Source of the DNA: Planctomycetota bacterium
GTDB lineage: Bacteria > Planctomycetota > UBA1135 > GCA-002748355
Direction of reading: 5' to 3'
DNA length: 64,000 bases
Assembly (NCBI GenBank): GCA_002748355.1
Contig: PDSF01000035.1
Coordinates: forward strand, 14,004 to 78,003
The position numbers and the translations under genes were made by a program. How positions within the stretch are numbered: the first letter of the stretch is position 1; each line of letters begins with the position of its first letter. The notes beneath the pieces were generated by a model. The model was not told the DNA's origin and did no database searches. It saw only the letters and a program-made list of their open reading frames with translations. Positions 28,301-36,986 of the stretch are shown piece after piece.

Positions 28301-28405
28301 CACGGCTGCGTCAGCCAGCTTCGCCCACTTGCCGGTCTCCAGTGTCAGGGTGCGCCCTGCGAGATCGGTCTCAATCTTGATGTGCTTCAAGTCTTCTATA
28401 CTCAC
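25379..28405 (-). CDS. pnp: Polyribonucleotide nucleotidyltransferase (PNPase) with a ~300-aa C-terminal acidic and Arg/Asp/Glu-repeat extension
   Basis: Two RNase PH-like halves, a KH domain ([24 protein letters not shown]) and an S1 domain ([28 protein letters not shown]), located downstream of rpsO. The probable start is GTG at 28405 ([28 protein letters not shown]), with AAGGA 4 nt upstream. The ORF track extends to 28615. Confidence 0.9.
   Translation of the reverse strand: [1008 protein letters not shown]
25394..25981 (-). repeat. 14 tandem copies of a 42-bp coding repeat (14-aa unit [14 protein letters not shown] and variants) inside pnp
   Basis: Counted in the translation: [42 protein letters not shown] ... 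[14 protein letters not shown], then RRSR-stop. The DNA copies are near-identical. Confidence 0.9.
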
Positions 28406-28781
28406 TAAGTCCTTTTCATGTGCCTCTGCACGAAGAGCGCCAAAGGGCGGACGCGCTTCGCTCCTCTGCAACACCGCGCTGCAGCGGGACCCGTGACGCT
28501 CTGGACAACTCCATTCGGAGCCGATCACGGGGCGATGACGAAAAGCGGCAGAGCGGGCCTCAGCGGCAGGCCCTGCCCTCAGAAACCTCTCGAGCCCAAA
28601 AATCTCGAGCTCCAAAAAGAGGCTGGCAGACGCGTCACCCGGACGCGTGCCCTTCGTCGATATGGCGGCCGATCACGACCGCCGATGCCCCCGTCCATCG
28701 GGGGCTCTTACTTCAAGAGAACGTTATCGAAAGCACTCTGCCCCTCGGACTTGACCGGGGAGCTGGCTTCCATTCTCTGGC

Positions 28782-29051
28782 TCAGCCGCGGATTCCGAGC
28801 TGGGCGACGATGCGCTTATATGCAGCCGCATCCTTGCGGGCGAGATACCTCATCAGGCGGTTGCGAATGCCCACCTTCCGCATCAGACCACGCCGGGAAT
28901 GGAAGTCCTTCTTGTGCCTCTTCATGTGCTCGGTCAGAGCACGGATGTCCGCAGTCAACGTCGCAATCTGCAGCTCGGAGCTGCCCGTGTCCTTTTCGTG
29001 ACGACGATACTGCGTACGGATTTCTTCGATCTGTTGGCGTTCCAGAGCCAT
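28782..29051 (-). CDS. rpsO: 30S ribosomal protein S15
   Basis: 89 aa: MALERQQIEEIRTQYRRHEKDTGSSELQIATLTADIRALTEHMKRHKKDFHSRRGLMRKVGIRNRLMRYL. Classic rpsO-pnp arrangement. Confidence 0.95.
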   Translation of the reverse strand: MALERQQIEEIRTQYRRHEKDTGSSELQIATLTADIRALTEHMKRHKKDFHSRRGLMRKVGIRNRLMRYLARKDAAAYKRIVAQLGIRG

Positions 29052-29274
29052 CGCTACATCTCCCTAGGTCACCGGCTCCACCGTCCCAGCTGCCCCGATG
29101 GGCACCGACCAGAACCGCAAAGCGGTCGAGCAGCATCCTGCTTTGATTGCGGACACTGCGAGGATTCATCCTGCACTCCATCCATGGAGCGCAGCGATTT
29201 TGGGCCAGGATACTAGAGCAGCCGTCCGCGGATGCAAGCCTGCCCTTAGGGGAAGCGGCGCAAACAGCTTGGGG

Positions 29275-29910
29275 TCAGTTCTGATGCCCAGGGAGGCGCG
29301 ACCCCAAGATCTCCGCAAGGCGTTCGATCGCCATCGGACGCCGGAGACGAACACTCGGTGGCAGATTGTCCTCCGGCCTCACGAGGCGGTTACGAGCCCG
29401 GAAGCTCCCCTTCCAGAGTTCTTTGCCGTCGGGCCCGATCAGGACCATGTGGCCAGCAGCCTTGACGTAGCCATAAGTCCCCAGCTCAAGATCATCAAAC
29501 TCTTCAAGCCAGAGCAGCAGCACGGCATCGGCGCCAAGCTCCCCCACGACGCTGACCGCGCGAGCCACCGTCCCTTCGCGATTACGATCGGGAGCTGCGA
29601 TCCGCGCCTCGGCTCCAGCCTTATCGCAAACCAAGCGATCCGAGAGCACCGAGTAGCGTGCGGAAATCAAGCTCCGCCGTAAGGCCTTGCGGAAGCGGTC
29701 GAGCTCCTCGCTGCGGAATTCGGCCCCGGAGTTGCGCGTCGGCCAGACCAGGACATCGTCGATTTTCCGCGCCCGGGCTGCATCAAAAACCGTCAGGTTG
29801 ACCCAGCCGAATTGGTCGGAGCTACCCTGGGTCGAACAGCCGGTCGTCAGGCCGAGACTCAGGGTCAGCAACAGGAGCAAGGAGTAACGAAGGATTTGGG
29901 ACTGGATCAT
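29275..29910 (-). CDS. Putative lipoprotein (hypothetical)
   Basis: ATG at 29910 gives MIQSQILRYSLLLLLTLSLGLTTGCSTQ (lipobox LTTGC). No functional motif recognised. Confidence 0.6.
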   Translation of the reverse strand: MIQSQILRYSLLLLLTLSLGLTTGCSTQGSSDQFGWVNLTVFDAARARKIDDVLVWPTRNSGAEFRSEELDRFRKALRRSLISARYSVLSDRLVCDKAGAEARIAAPDRNREGTVARAVSVVGELGADAVLLLWLEEFDDLELGTYGYVKAAGHMVLIGPDGKELWKGSFRARNRLVRPEDNLPPSVRLRRPMAIERLAEILGSRLPGHQN

Positions 29911-29962
29911 TGCCGCAAGATAGCAAGACCAGCCCCAGAGATCCCGCGCCATTGTCTCCCTG

Positions 29963-32848
29963 CTATTGCACTCTATGCGGAACCGGAGCCGAGCGGGCGA
30001 AGCTGAGTTCGTAGCGGCGTAGATCCTCCAGGTTCAGATCCTTTGCGGTGAGGCCCGGCCCCAAGATCCACCGCGACTGGACATCGACAGTCCAAGTGCC
30101 ACTGGCGAGTCCTGTGAGGCCAGTGCCGGAGAGATCCGGCAATTGCAGGGTGTTACTGCCGCTAGCCCCATCGTCATCGTTCTCGATCAACACCCAACGC
30201 CGCCCGGCAGAGTCCACCGCGCGCAGCTCATGGAAAACCAGGGTATTCGCCAGATCTCCCGGATTGAGTCTGTCCTGGTAGTCGACGCTCGGACTGCCAC
30301 TGAAGATGCCAGAAGGAACCGTCACTGTGGGCGGCCCCACGATCGGCGTCACCGGCAGCGCCATTCCCGAAACGGTGTCTTGGACCAAGACACGCCGCCG
30401 AACCAAGTTGCCAGCATCGTCTTGGGCCTGGGTAGAGACCCAAAGCAGTGGCCCTAGGTCGACGAAGTCCGCCAACATCGTGAAGCTGTAGGAGCCATGG
30501 GCTTGGAAGCTGGGAGCGTTGCCCTTCACAAAGCCGAGCCCGAACTGCGCCATACCAGCAAAGCCGCCAAGACTGGCCAATAGATGCACCTGCGGGGGGG
30601 CGACCAGCTTGCTGGCGTTGATGCCAGGAACGGGCTGCAAGTCGAAGGGGACCGGCACCGAAAGGGTGACGAAGGTATTCAGCGCAGGCAGCAGCGGCGC
30701 ATTGACCGCGTAGCTCGCTCCTGCGGCTAGCGGCTTCACCGGTGCCAGCTTCTGCAGGTTCCCCCCCGAGCTGGCTCCCAGGAGCGCCGAATAGAGGCTG
30801 TAGGTCGGCGTCGCTGTCGGCGGAAACACCCCGGCAAAGGCGGAGACAAAGAGAAGGCGCCGCGAGCGCAGAGGCGTGGCCGGCAGAATCGTAGGGGCTG
30901 CCGGCTTGGTCTCCACCGCATAGTCATTCGCGTCGTCGGCCAAGAGGTTGAGACCGATCTTGGCCGTGGTCTTTCCGCTCGGCAGGAAGACAAAAGAGCC
31001 CGAGATCTTGGAGCGAGCATTCACCAGCGGGGTCAGAGGCAGGGAGAGGAAGCTCGCCCCGGTATTCACGACAGTGAAAAGCTCGTAGCCGTCCTTGACC
31101 ACGGTGACGGTATAGCCGCTAGCGTTGAGCGATCCGAAGCTCACGACTCCCTGCGCATCGGTAACGGCGCTCTGGCGCCCTGTTGCCGGCTTGCTAGGAC
31201 GACCAGGTTCGATCAACACGGTCGCCGAAGGGACAGCGAGCAATGAGGCTTCGTCGTACACCTGGACCTTGAGAGTCTTGGAGCTGGCCACGTCCCCCGT
31301 CACGACTCCTCGCTGGACCAGGGTCCCGGGCACGGCCGCGGCCAGGGCGTTGCCGGCCTTATCCCGAAAGCTGAGCGAAAAGCCCGTGCCCGTGGTCGTC
31401 CGCGAGAGAAGGAAGGGCTTGCTGAGGAAGCGGCCGTCTTTGCTGCTAGCAAAGAGTCCGTAGTCTTTGCCGCCCACGGAGAGATTCATACTCCCCAGCT
31501 CCTCACTCGCCTGCCCGTGCAGGGCAACGGTTCCCTGGTCGGTGATCAAAACCGTCGCCGCCGCCGTCGAGGGTGGACCAAGCTCAACGAGGGTCGGCCG
31601 GAAGGTGTCCTGGGCCGAATCCTCGGCGACAGCAAAACCACTCCGCTGTCGCCCCCGGGACAGCATGGCAGCAAAGCTGAGGGTGCCGTCCTGGAAGACT
31701 GGCGCCGCCAGGGTTCCGAGCCGGCCACCGCTCGGGACCGAAACCGTCCCCGAGCCGTCCTTTCCGGCCTTCGCCTTCCACTCGACATAGCTCAGCGCCT
31801 TAGGGTTCTTGCTATTGCGGGCTACGCCGTAGATCCGCAGCAGCAGCTCGTCGCTCGCCCGGCTGCCCTCAGGCAAATCGACGTTCAGCAGCAGGTTCTC
31901 GAGGTTGGCGAGGTTGACCCGGTTCTCGAAATCCTTGACCGGATTACCTATCGCCAGACTCTTGATGCGGAGCGGCGCCATCGTGGTAAAGCTCACCGGA
32001 GGCTTTCGAGAGCCCGGATCGATCTGCACCCCCGCCACCATGATCTCCTTGGTGTAGATCAGCTCGTGACGGGTGCTCGCCGCAAGCGCGACATTGGGCT
32101 GCAGTCGCACGATCCGCGAATCGGGGACGCCAGCAACTCGAAGGGGGTAGCTGATCCCAGCAGCGAGAGGCTTGCGCGCCGCGGCCTCTTGGAGGTAGAG
32201 GCTCGTAGCAGTGACCGTCGTAGGGTTGACCGGGGCACTAAAGACGACGAAGGAGGGATCTTCTCGACTGACGTCTTTATCCCCGTTCGCGGGATAAGAG
32301 AAGATCACCTTGGCCGAGCTGTCCTTGCTGGCATCGCAGGTGAAACTCCCGATCACCCCCTGCTTCGCCAGCAGCGCACGGTCCAGATCGCGTACCGAGC
32401 GACCCGCAACGATCTCGTATTTCTGATTGGGCAGCAAAGGCGTGCTAGGCTGCAAGATCAGAAGGCGCCCACCTAGCTGCAGGCTGTAGCTGGCGGGGAG
32501 CGGCTTGGTGCTTTCTGCGATTCGCAGATAAACGTGCGAAGGCTTCTCCTTGTCCTTGGAGGAACTCAGGCTCTCCTCATTCATCGATTCACTGAAGAGC
32601 ACTGCAATCGCGGTCGTTACCTGGAAGCCGCTACCGCTCGGCCCGGCACGCAGGATTCGCGGCCTTCCATCGAGGACCAGGCCGCCCACGGGCGGAACTT
32701 GGAACTGAGAAGCCGCGCTCCCAGTGCCGCCTCCCGAATAGCCGGGATCGAAGATGCGACCCACATTGTTGCCACAGCCCAGCAAGAGCCCGAGAAGCGA
32801 GCTGGCGAGGACGAAAAGGGCGAGGGCGGCGGACTTGTAGCTGCGCAT
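29963..32848 (-). CDS. Large lipoprotein with Ig-like / carboxypeptidase-regulatory-like beta-sandwich repeats (hypothetical)
   Basis: MRSYKSAALALFVLASSLLGLLLGCGNN (lipobox LLLGC). 961 aa that are beta-rich and rich in Ser/Thr/Gly/Val. The segment TDAQGVVSFGSLNASGYTVTVVKDGYELFTV resembles a CarboxypepD_reg-like fold. Confidence 0.65.
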   Translation of the reverse strand: MRSYKSAALALFVLASSLLGLLLGCGNNVGRIFDPGYSGGGTGSAASQFQVPPVGGLVLDGRPRILRAGPSGSGFQVTTAIAVLFSESMNEESLSSSKDKEKPSHVYLRIAESTKPLPASYSLQLGGRLLILQPSTPLLPNQKYEIVAGRSVRDLDRALLAKQGVIGSFTCDASKDSSAKVIFSYPANGDKDVSREDPSFVVFSAPVNPTTVTATSLYLQEAAARKPLAAGISYPLRVAGVPDSRIVRLQPNVALAASTRHELIYTKEIMVAGVQIDPGSRKPPVSFTTMAPLRIKSLAIGNPVKDFENRVNLANLENLLLNVDLPEGSRASDELLLRIYGVARNSKNPKALSYVEWKAKAGKDGSGTVSVPSGGRLGTLAAPVFQDGTLSFAAMLSRGRQRSGFAVAEDSAQDTFRPTLVELGPPSTAAATVLITDQGTVALHGQASEELGSMNLSVGGKDYGLFASSKDGRFLSKPFLLSRTTTGTGFSLSFRDKAGNALAAAVPGTLVQRGVVTGDVASSKTLKVQVYDEASLLAVPSATVLIEPGRPSKPATGRQSAVTDAQGVVSFGSLNASGYTVTVVKDGYELFTVVNTGASFLSLPLTPLVNARSKISGSFVFLPSGKTTAKIGLNLLADDANDYAVETKPAAPTILPATPLRSRRLLFVSAFAGVFPPTATPTYSLYSALLGASSGGNLQKLAPVKPLAAGASYAVNAPLLPALNTFVTLSVPVPFDLQPVPGINASKLVAPPQVHLLASLGGFAGMAQFGLGFVKGNAPSFQAHGSYSFTMLADFVDLGPLLWVSTQAQDDAGNLVRRRVLVQDTVSGMALPVTPIVGPPTVTVPSGIFSGSPSVDYQDRLNPGDLANTLVFHELRAVDSAGRRWVLIENDDDGASGSNTLQLPDLSGTGLTGLASGTWTVDVQSRWILGPGLTAKDLNLEDLRRYELSFARSAPVPHRVQ

Positions 32849-32995
32849 CTAGGCGGGCTCCGGGTCTCAGCGAACAACCGCACGCAGCGGCTGGGTCCGG
32901 ACGATAGCGCATAGGACGCGCGAGACACGCACAGCTTGCAGCTCACTGCCGCCCAAGTTGTGGCAGAGCTTTGGCAGAGCTGTGCCGCAGCTAGA

Positions 32996-33373
32996 TCAGA
33001 GTTGGTCGCGGAAGTCCTGCAGGCCGCGCAGAAGCTCGCTGCTGCCCTTCTCCAACTGCGCAATCAACTCATCCAACTCCGCGCAGCTCGGGCTCCGCGC
33101 CTCCTCCATGATTCGCTGGAAGAGTTGGCTAGCCTGCAGGTAGCCGACATTGCCGAAGCTGGACTTCAGGCCATGGGCCACCTTGTCGACGGCAGCTCTG
33201 TCGCCCTGTTTCTGTGCTGCAATCAGGGCCGCCAGGGCATCGGGCGCCTGCCCCAGCACCGTATCGAGCAATTCACCGAGGAGCTCGACATCGTCCTTGT
33301 CTTCCAGGTCGAAGACCTCGGAAACTCGCTCGAAATCAGGAGTCGCCAGGTCCATCGGGTCCCAATCACACAT
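32996..33373 (-). CDS. Stand-alone histidine phosphotransfer (Hpt) domain protein
   Basis: 125 aa. The phospho-accepting motif context is DKVAHGLKSSFGNVG (HxLKxS). Helical, acidic N-terminus. Confidence 0.7.
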   Translation of the reverse strand: MCDWDPMDLATPDFERVSEVFDLEDKDDVELLGELLDTVLGQAPDALAALIAAQKQGDRAAVDKVAHGLKSSFGNVGYLQASQLFQRIMEEARSPSCAELDELIAQLEKGSSELLRGLQDFRDQL

Positions 33374-33396
33374 CTGCTATCAGCCTCCAGCAATGC

Positions 33397-34044
33397 TCAT
33401 TTCGATGGCGCAGTAACGGCCCTCGGCTCTGTGTTGCCGTTACGAGGCGGCCAGATTCGCCGGCCATACTTGTCTTCGACAAATCCCACAAATTCCTGAA
33501 GGCTGCTCCCCAAGGCGGCTTCGAGAGCAGCAACCGCCAACGCCGGCTCCTGGGTGCTGCATTCGACCCGCTTCTCGGCCATGTTCCGCTCGAGCAGCTG
33601 ACCGGTTTTGGCATCGCGAAGACTCAAGACCATTTGAAACCAGACCCCGCAGCCCTGCTCGTCCTCAATCAGCTCGAAAGCCAGTACTTGGCCGTCCATC
33701 ACCCAGTCCGCCTCCAGCGCCGCATCATTGGCGACGACATCGGCGAAGATGCCCGAACGCAGGAGCGCAGCATGGACCGCCCCGGCCAGTACTTCCCCAA
33801 GAGGCGCCGCCCACAGGTGATATTCAAAGCTCTCCAAGCTGTTGCGCCCAACTCGGACCAAGAGGCGATCGCTCTCCAAGTGCGGGCTCACAGCAAAGCG
33901 CCCGATCCGAAGGACTTGTGGCAGCATCCTGGAGGAAGCTCCAGGAACTGTCGGGAGCAAAGAATACAACTTGGTCGCGGGAATGCTGACCGAGCCACAG
34001 GCATGCAGCAGCAAGACTGAGAGACTCAAGAGAAACAAACGCAT
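33397..34044 (-). CDS. PqiC/YmbA-like (DUF330) ABC-transport auxiliary lipoprotein
   Basis: MRLFLLSLSVLLLHACGSV (lipobox LHAC) followed by TKLYSLLP, typical of the family. It sits directly after an MCE gene, with start/stop overlap TGATG. Confidence 0.65.
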   Translation of the reverse strand: MRLFLLSLSVLLLHACGSVSIPATKLYSLLPTVPGASSRMLPQVLRIGRFAVSPHLESDRLLVRVGRNSLESFEYHLWAAPLGEVLAGAVHAALLRSGIFADVVANDAALEADWVMDGQVLAFELIEDEQGCGVWFQMVLSLRDAKTGQLLERNMAEKRVECSTQEPALAVAALEAALGSSLQEFVGFVEDKYGRRIWPPRNGNTEPRAVTAPSK

Positions 34045-35045
34045 CAGTCTCTCCTTCCGGGAGTCGCCGAACCCCGCCCCTTTCGTTCGGGGACGGATTC
34101 ACCAAAGACCAAGGCACTGGGGGTCGAACGCAGCAGGCGAGCCAGGTTCCCCAGCTCACGCAACGCCTTTTCCAGACTGGTCATCGAGGCACGAATCCCC
34201 TGCCCCTGTCCACGCAAGAGATGGCGGAGTGCATCCGAACTGCGCCCGAGGCTGAGGCTCGCCTCCTCGGCGGCACGCAGGAGCAAGGGAGCCCTGGCAA
34301 TGGCTTCACGCAGAGCTGGTTCCTCTCCGAGCTGCTCAAGGGAGGCACTAAAGCCACGCAGGGATGCCAACATGCCCTTCAGCTCCGGCTCCATATGGAG
34401 GAACTTGTCCAGCAGGGCATTCACCCGCGGAAGGGTTTCGGCATCGAGGCGAGTGAGCAAGGGCCCCATGCCCTTCTGCAGGACAGCCAGAGCCTGACTG
34501 CTGTTCTGGAGCAAGTCGCTGATAGCCTCAGCGTTTTCCCCACCCAGCAAGCGGTTGAGATTACCCGCGACCTTGCGGTATTCACCGATTGTGCCAGTCA
34601 GTGAATCAAGGAGCCCCGGAAGCGTCTTGGCTAAAGAGCTCATCGGTGACAGCTGGGCCCGAATCAGTGCGCCTGGCGGCAGCACCGCAGCCCCCTTCTC
34701 CCACCCCGATAATTCAACGGTGACCTGCCCCGTAACCCAGGCACGATCGAGGCTCGCCCGGCAATACTTCGTAATCGGTGCCCGCTTAGGATCGGTATCG
34801 ACGACGACTTCTGTTCGCCCGTTGACGAAGCGCATATTCGACACCGAACCAATCTGCACTCCTTGGAAGTTGACCGAGGAGCCAATCACCATCCCCTTGA
34901 CCGTCTCGTCGAACTGGATGGTGTAGCGCACCTTGTTTTGAGCAAAGGAAGTGCCGATCGCGAGGAAGAGCAGGGCAAAGAAAAGACCACAACTGCCAAG
35001 CACGAAGAGGCCGACTTTGATTTTTCGAGAGCGATCGAGCACCAA
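34044..35045 (-). CDS. MlaD/MCE-domain protein
   Basis: An N-terminal TM anchor (IKVGLFVLGSCGLFFALLFLAI) is followed by an MCE beta-barrel region (YTIQFDETVKGMVIGSSVNFQGVQIGSVSNMRF) and a helical C-terminus. Confidence 0.85.
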   Translation of the reverse strand: MVLDRSRKIKVGLFVLGSCGLFFALLFLAIGTSFAQNKVRYTIQFDETVKGMVIGSSVNFQGVQIGSVSNMRFVNGRTEVVVDTDPKRAPITKYCRASLDRAWVTGQVTVELSGWEKGAAVLPPGALIRAQLSPMSSLAKTLPGLLDSLTGTIGEYRKVAGNLNRLLGGENAEAISDLLQNSSQALAVLQKGMGPLLTRLDAETLPRVNALLDKFLHMEPELKGMLASLRGFSASLEQLGEEPALREAIARAPLLLRAAEEASLSLGRSSDALRHLLRGQGQGIRASMTSLEKALRELGNLARLLRSTPSALVFGESVPERKGRGSATPGRRD

Positions 35046-35052
35046 AGCTCTC

Positions 35053-35895
35053 CTATACCGTTAAAAAGCGGGTGATGTCGACCTCACCCTCACGCTCCTT
35101 GGGCAAGGCACGGTGGATGAAGTCCTGAACCCGAGGGTCCGGCCAGTTACGCAAGTCTTCGGGGCTGCCGCTAGCCAAAATGCTCCCAGACTCAAGCATG
35201 ATCATTCGGTCCGCGATCGCGAACGCGGAAGGAATATCGTGGGTAACAACGACCATCGTAATGCCGAAAACCTTATTGAGCTTAAGTATGAGATTATCGA
35301 CACCGGCAGCGGTAATAGGGTCGAGTCCGGCCGAGGGCTCATCGAAGAACACGAGCTCTGGGTCGAGGGCCACGGCACGTGCAATCGCCGCACGTTTCTT
35401 CATGCCGCCGGATAGGTCAGCCGGACTGAGATGGACGGCCCCGAACAGCCCCACCATATCGAGCTTCATCCGCGCGATCTGCCGAATCACTCTCTCGGGC
35501 AAGTTCGTCGACTCCCGCAAGGGCAGGCAGACGTTATCGAACACCGACATGCTGTTGAGGAGGGCGCCCCCCTGGAAGCTGAAACCCATTCGTTGACGCA
35601 GGGCATCCAGTTCCTTGTCAGAGATCATGTAGAGATCTCGATCATCGAGGTGAACCGTACCCAGCGTCGGCGGCAGCATCCCCGAGAGATGGCGGAGCAG
35701 GGTGGTCTTACCGCAACCTGAAGGGCCGAGGATGACGAAGACCTCGCCTCTCCTCACAGCAAGATCCACCCCCTTGAGCACCGTATGCGAAGCAAAACGG
35801 GTCGTGATCGCCATGGCGCGAATCAGGTCCGGCGATGACGGTCGCCGCGGGGTCAACTCGCTGGGCAACTTGAATCGACGGCGGCGGAACCTCAT
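35053..35895 (-). CDS. ABC transporter ATP-binding protein, MlaF-like
   Basis: Walker A GPSGCGKTT, signature LSGGMKKRAAIARA, Walker B LVFFDEPSAGLD. ATGA overlap with the upstream permease gene. Confidence 0.9.
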   Translation of the reverse strand: MRFRRRRFKLPSELTPRRPSSPDLIRAMAITTRFASHTVLKGVDLAVRRGEVFVILGPSGCGKTTLLRHLSGMLPPTLGTVHLDDRDLYMISDKELDALRQRMGFSFQGGALLNSMSVFDNVCLPLRESTNLPERVIRQIARMKLDMVGLFGAVHLSPADLSGGMKKRAAIARAVALDPELVFFDEPSAGLDPITAAGVDNLILKLNKVFGITMVVVTHDIPSAFAIADRMIMLESGSILASGSPEDLRNWPDPRVQDFIHRALPKEREGEVDITRFLTV

Positions 35896-36986
35896 GCGCC
35901 AACCCTCAAGAGCAGAACAAAGACGGCATCGACGACAATGATCAAGAAGATCCCAGCCACGACCGAGCCCGTGGTGGCACGCCCGACACCCTCAGGGCCA
36001 CCCGTCACATTGAGCCCAAGCGCACAGCCCACGGACGCGACCAGGCCACCAAAGACCGTCGCCTTCAGCAGACAGGACAGCAAATCGCCCAAGTGCAGAG
36101 CCTTGTGCGTCGCCTCGATGTAGGTGCCCGGCTCAATCCCGACCACAAGCACCCCGAAAAGGGCGCCACCGAGAATCGCGGTAAAGACAAAGAGCACAGC
36201 CAGGCAGGGGGTGGCGAAGGACAGGGCAGCGATCTTCGGCACCACCAGATAGCGGGCAGGGTGCACCCCCATCTGGGTCAGAGCCGCGACCTCTTCGTTG
36301 ATGACCATGGTCCCGAGCTGGGCCGCGATCGACGAACCCGAGCGTGCGGCGATCAGGATCGCGGTCATCAGCGGCCCAATCTCACGAGTCACACTGACCG
36401 CCACCATGTCGGCGACGAAGATGTCGGCGCCAAAGAGCCGCAGCTGCACCCAGGCCTGCATCGCGAGAATCATCCCCAGCAGCAGTCCAATCAGGGCAAC
36501 GATCGGCACCCCACCGATTCCAGCGGTGTAAACCTCCTCGACAATGCGGCTCATGCGCGGGCGCGTTCCCTGGAACAGGCCACAAATCGCATCCCAGATC
36601 GCCGAGCCCACGGTTCGCGAGCCAATGCTCGCACTGTCGATCACCGGGATCACCGCAGCGCCAACGGCTTCGACCAAGCCAGGCCGCCGCGGTCTCGGCT
36701 CCGGACGAACCAGCCTCTCGACCGAAAGCAGGGAAAAATAGTCGAGCACCGGCCCCTTCAGGCCAATCAGCTTGACGCTCCGCCCAGAGGCCTGGGCCCG
36801 CTCGATCGCATCAACGACGAGGGCCATGCCAGAACTGTCGAAACTCTCGACTGCGGACAGATCCAAGAGGAGTTCCCCGCCGTCACGCTCGCGCCGCTCC
36901 AATTCACGGCACAGGTCTAGCGCGCTCGAGCGATCAAAGCGCTCGGGCATACGCCAAACGGTATCCGCGGACGCAAGCGTCGTCAT
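35892..36986 (-). CDS. MlaE-like ABC permease with fused N-terminal STAS (MlaB-like) domain
   Basis: The N-terminal ~95 aa (LLLDLSAVESFDSSGMALVVDAIERAQASGRSVKLIGLKGPVLDYFSL) look like a STAS/anti-sigma-antagonist fold. The remainder is polytopic and MlaE-like (REIGPLMTAILIAARSGSSIAAQLGTM). Confidence 0.85.
   Translation of the reverse strand: MTTLASADTVWRMPERFDRSSALDLCRELERRERDGGELLLDLSAVESFDSSGMALVVDAIERAQASGRSVKLIGLKGPVLDYFSLLSVERLVRPEPRPRRPGLVEAVGAAVIPVIDSASIGSRTVGSAIWDAICGLFQGTRPRMSRIVEEVYTAGIGGVPIVALIGLLLGMILAMQAWVQLRLFGADIFVADMVAVSVTREIGPLMTAILIAARSGSSIAAQLGTMVINEEVAALTQMGVHPARYLVVPKIAALSFATPCLAVLFVFTAILGGALFGVLVVGIEPGTYIEATHKALHLGDLLSCLLKATVFGGLVASVGCALGLNVTGGPEGVGRATTGSVVAGIFLIIVVDAVFVLLLRVGA

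Noticed and set aside
32960-32980. Direct repeat TGGCAGAGCT x2. The first copy gives TGGCAGAGCTTTGGCA, with sigma-54-like GG-N10-GC spacing on the plus strand.
   Set aside because: It is oriented rightward, antisense to the Hpt and Mla genes, with no plus-strand gene to drive. On the minus strand the spacing is off by one. It is probably fortuitous or a different kind of site.
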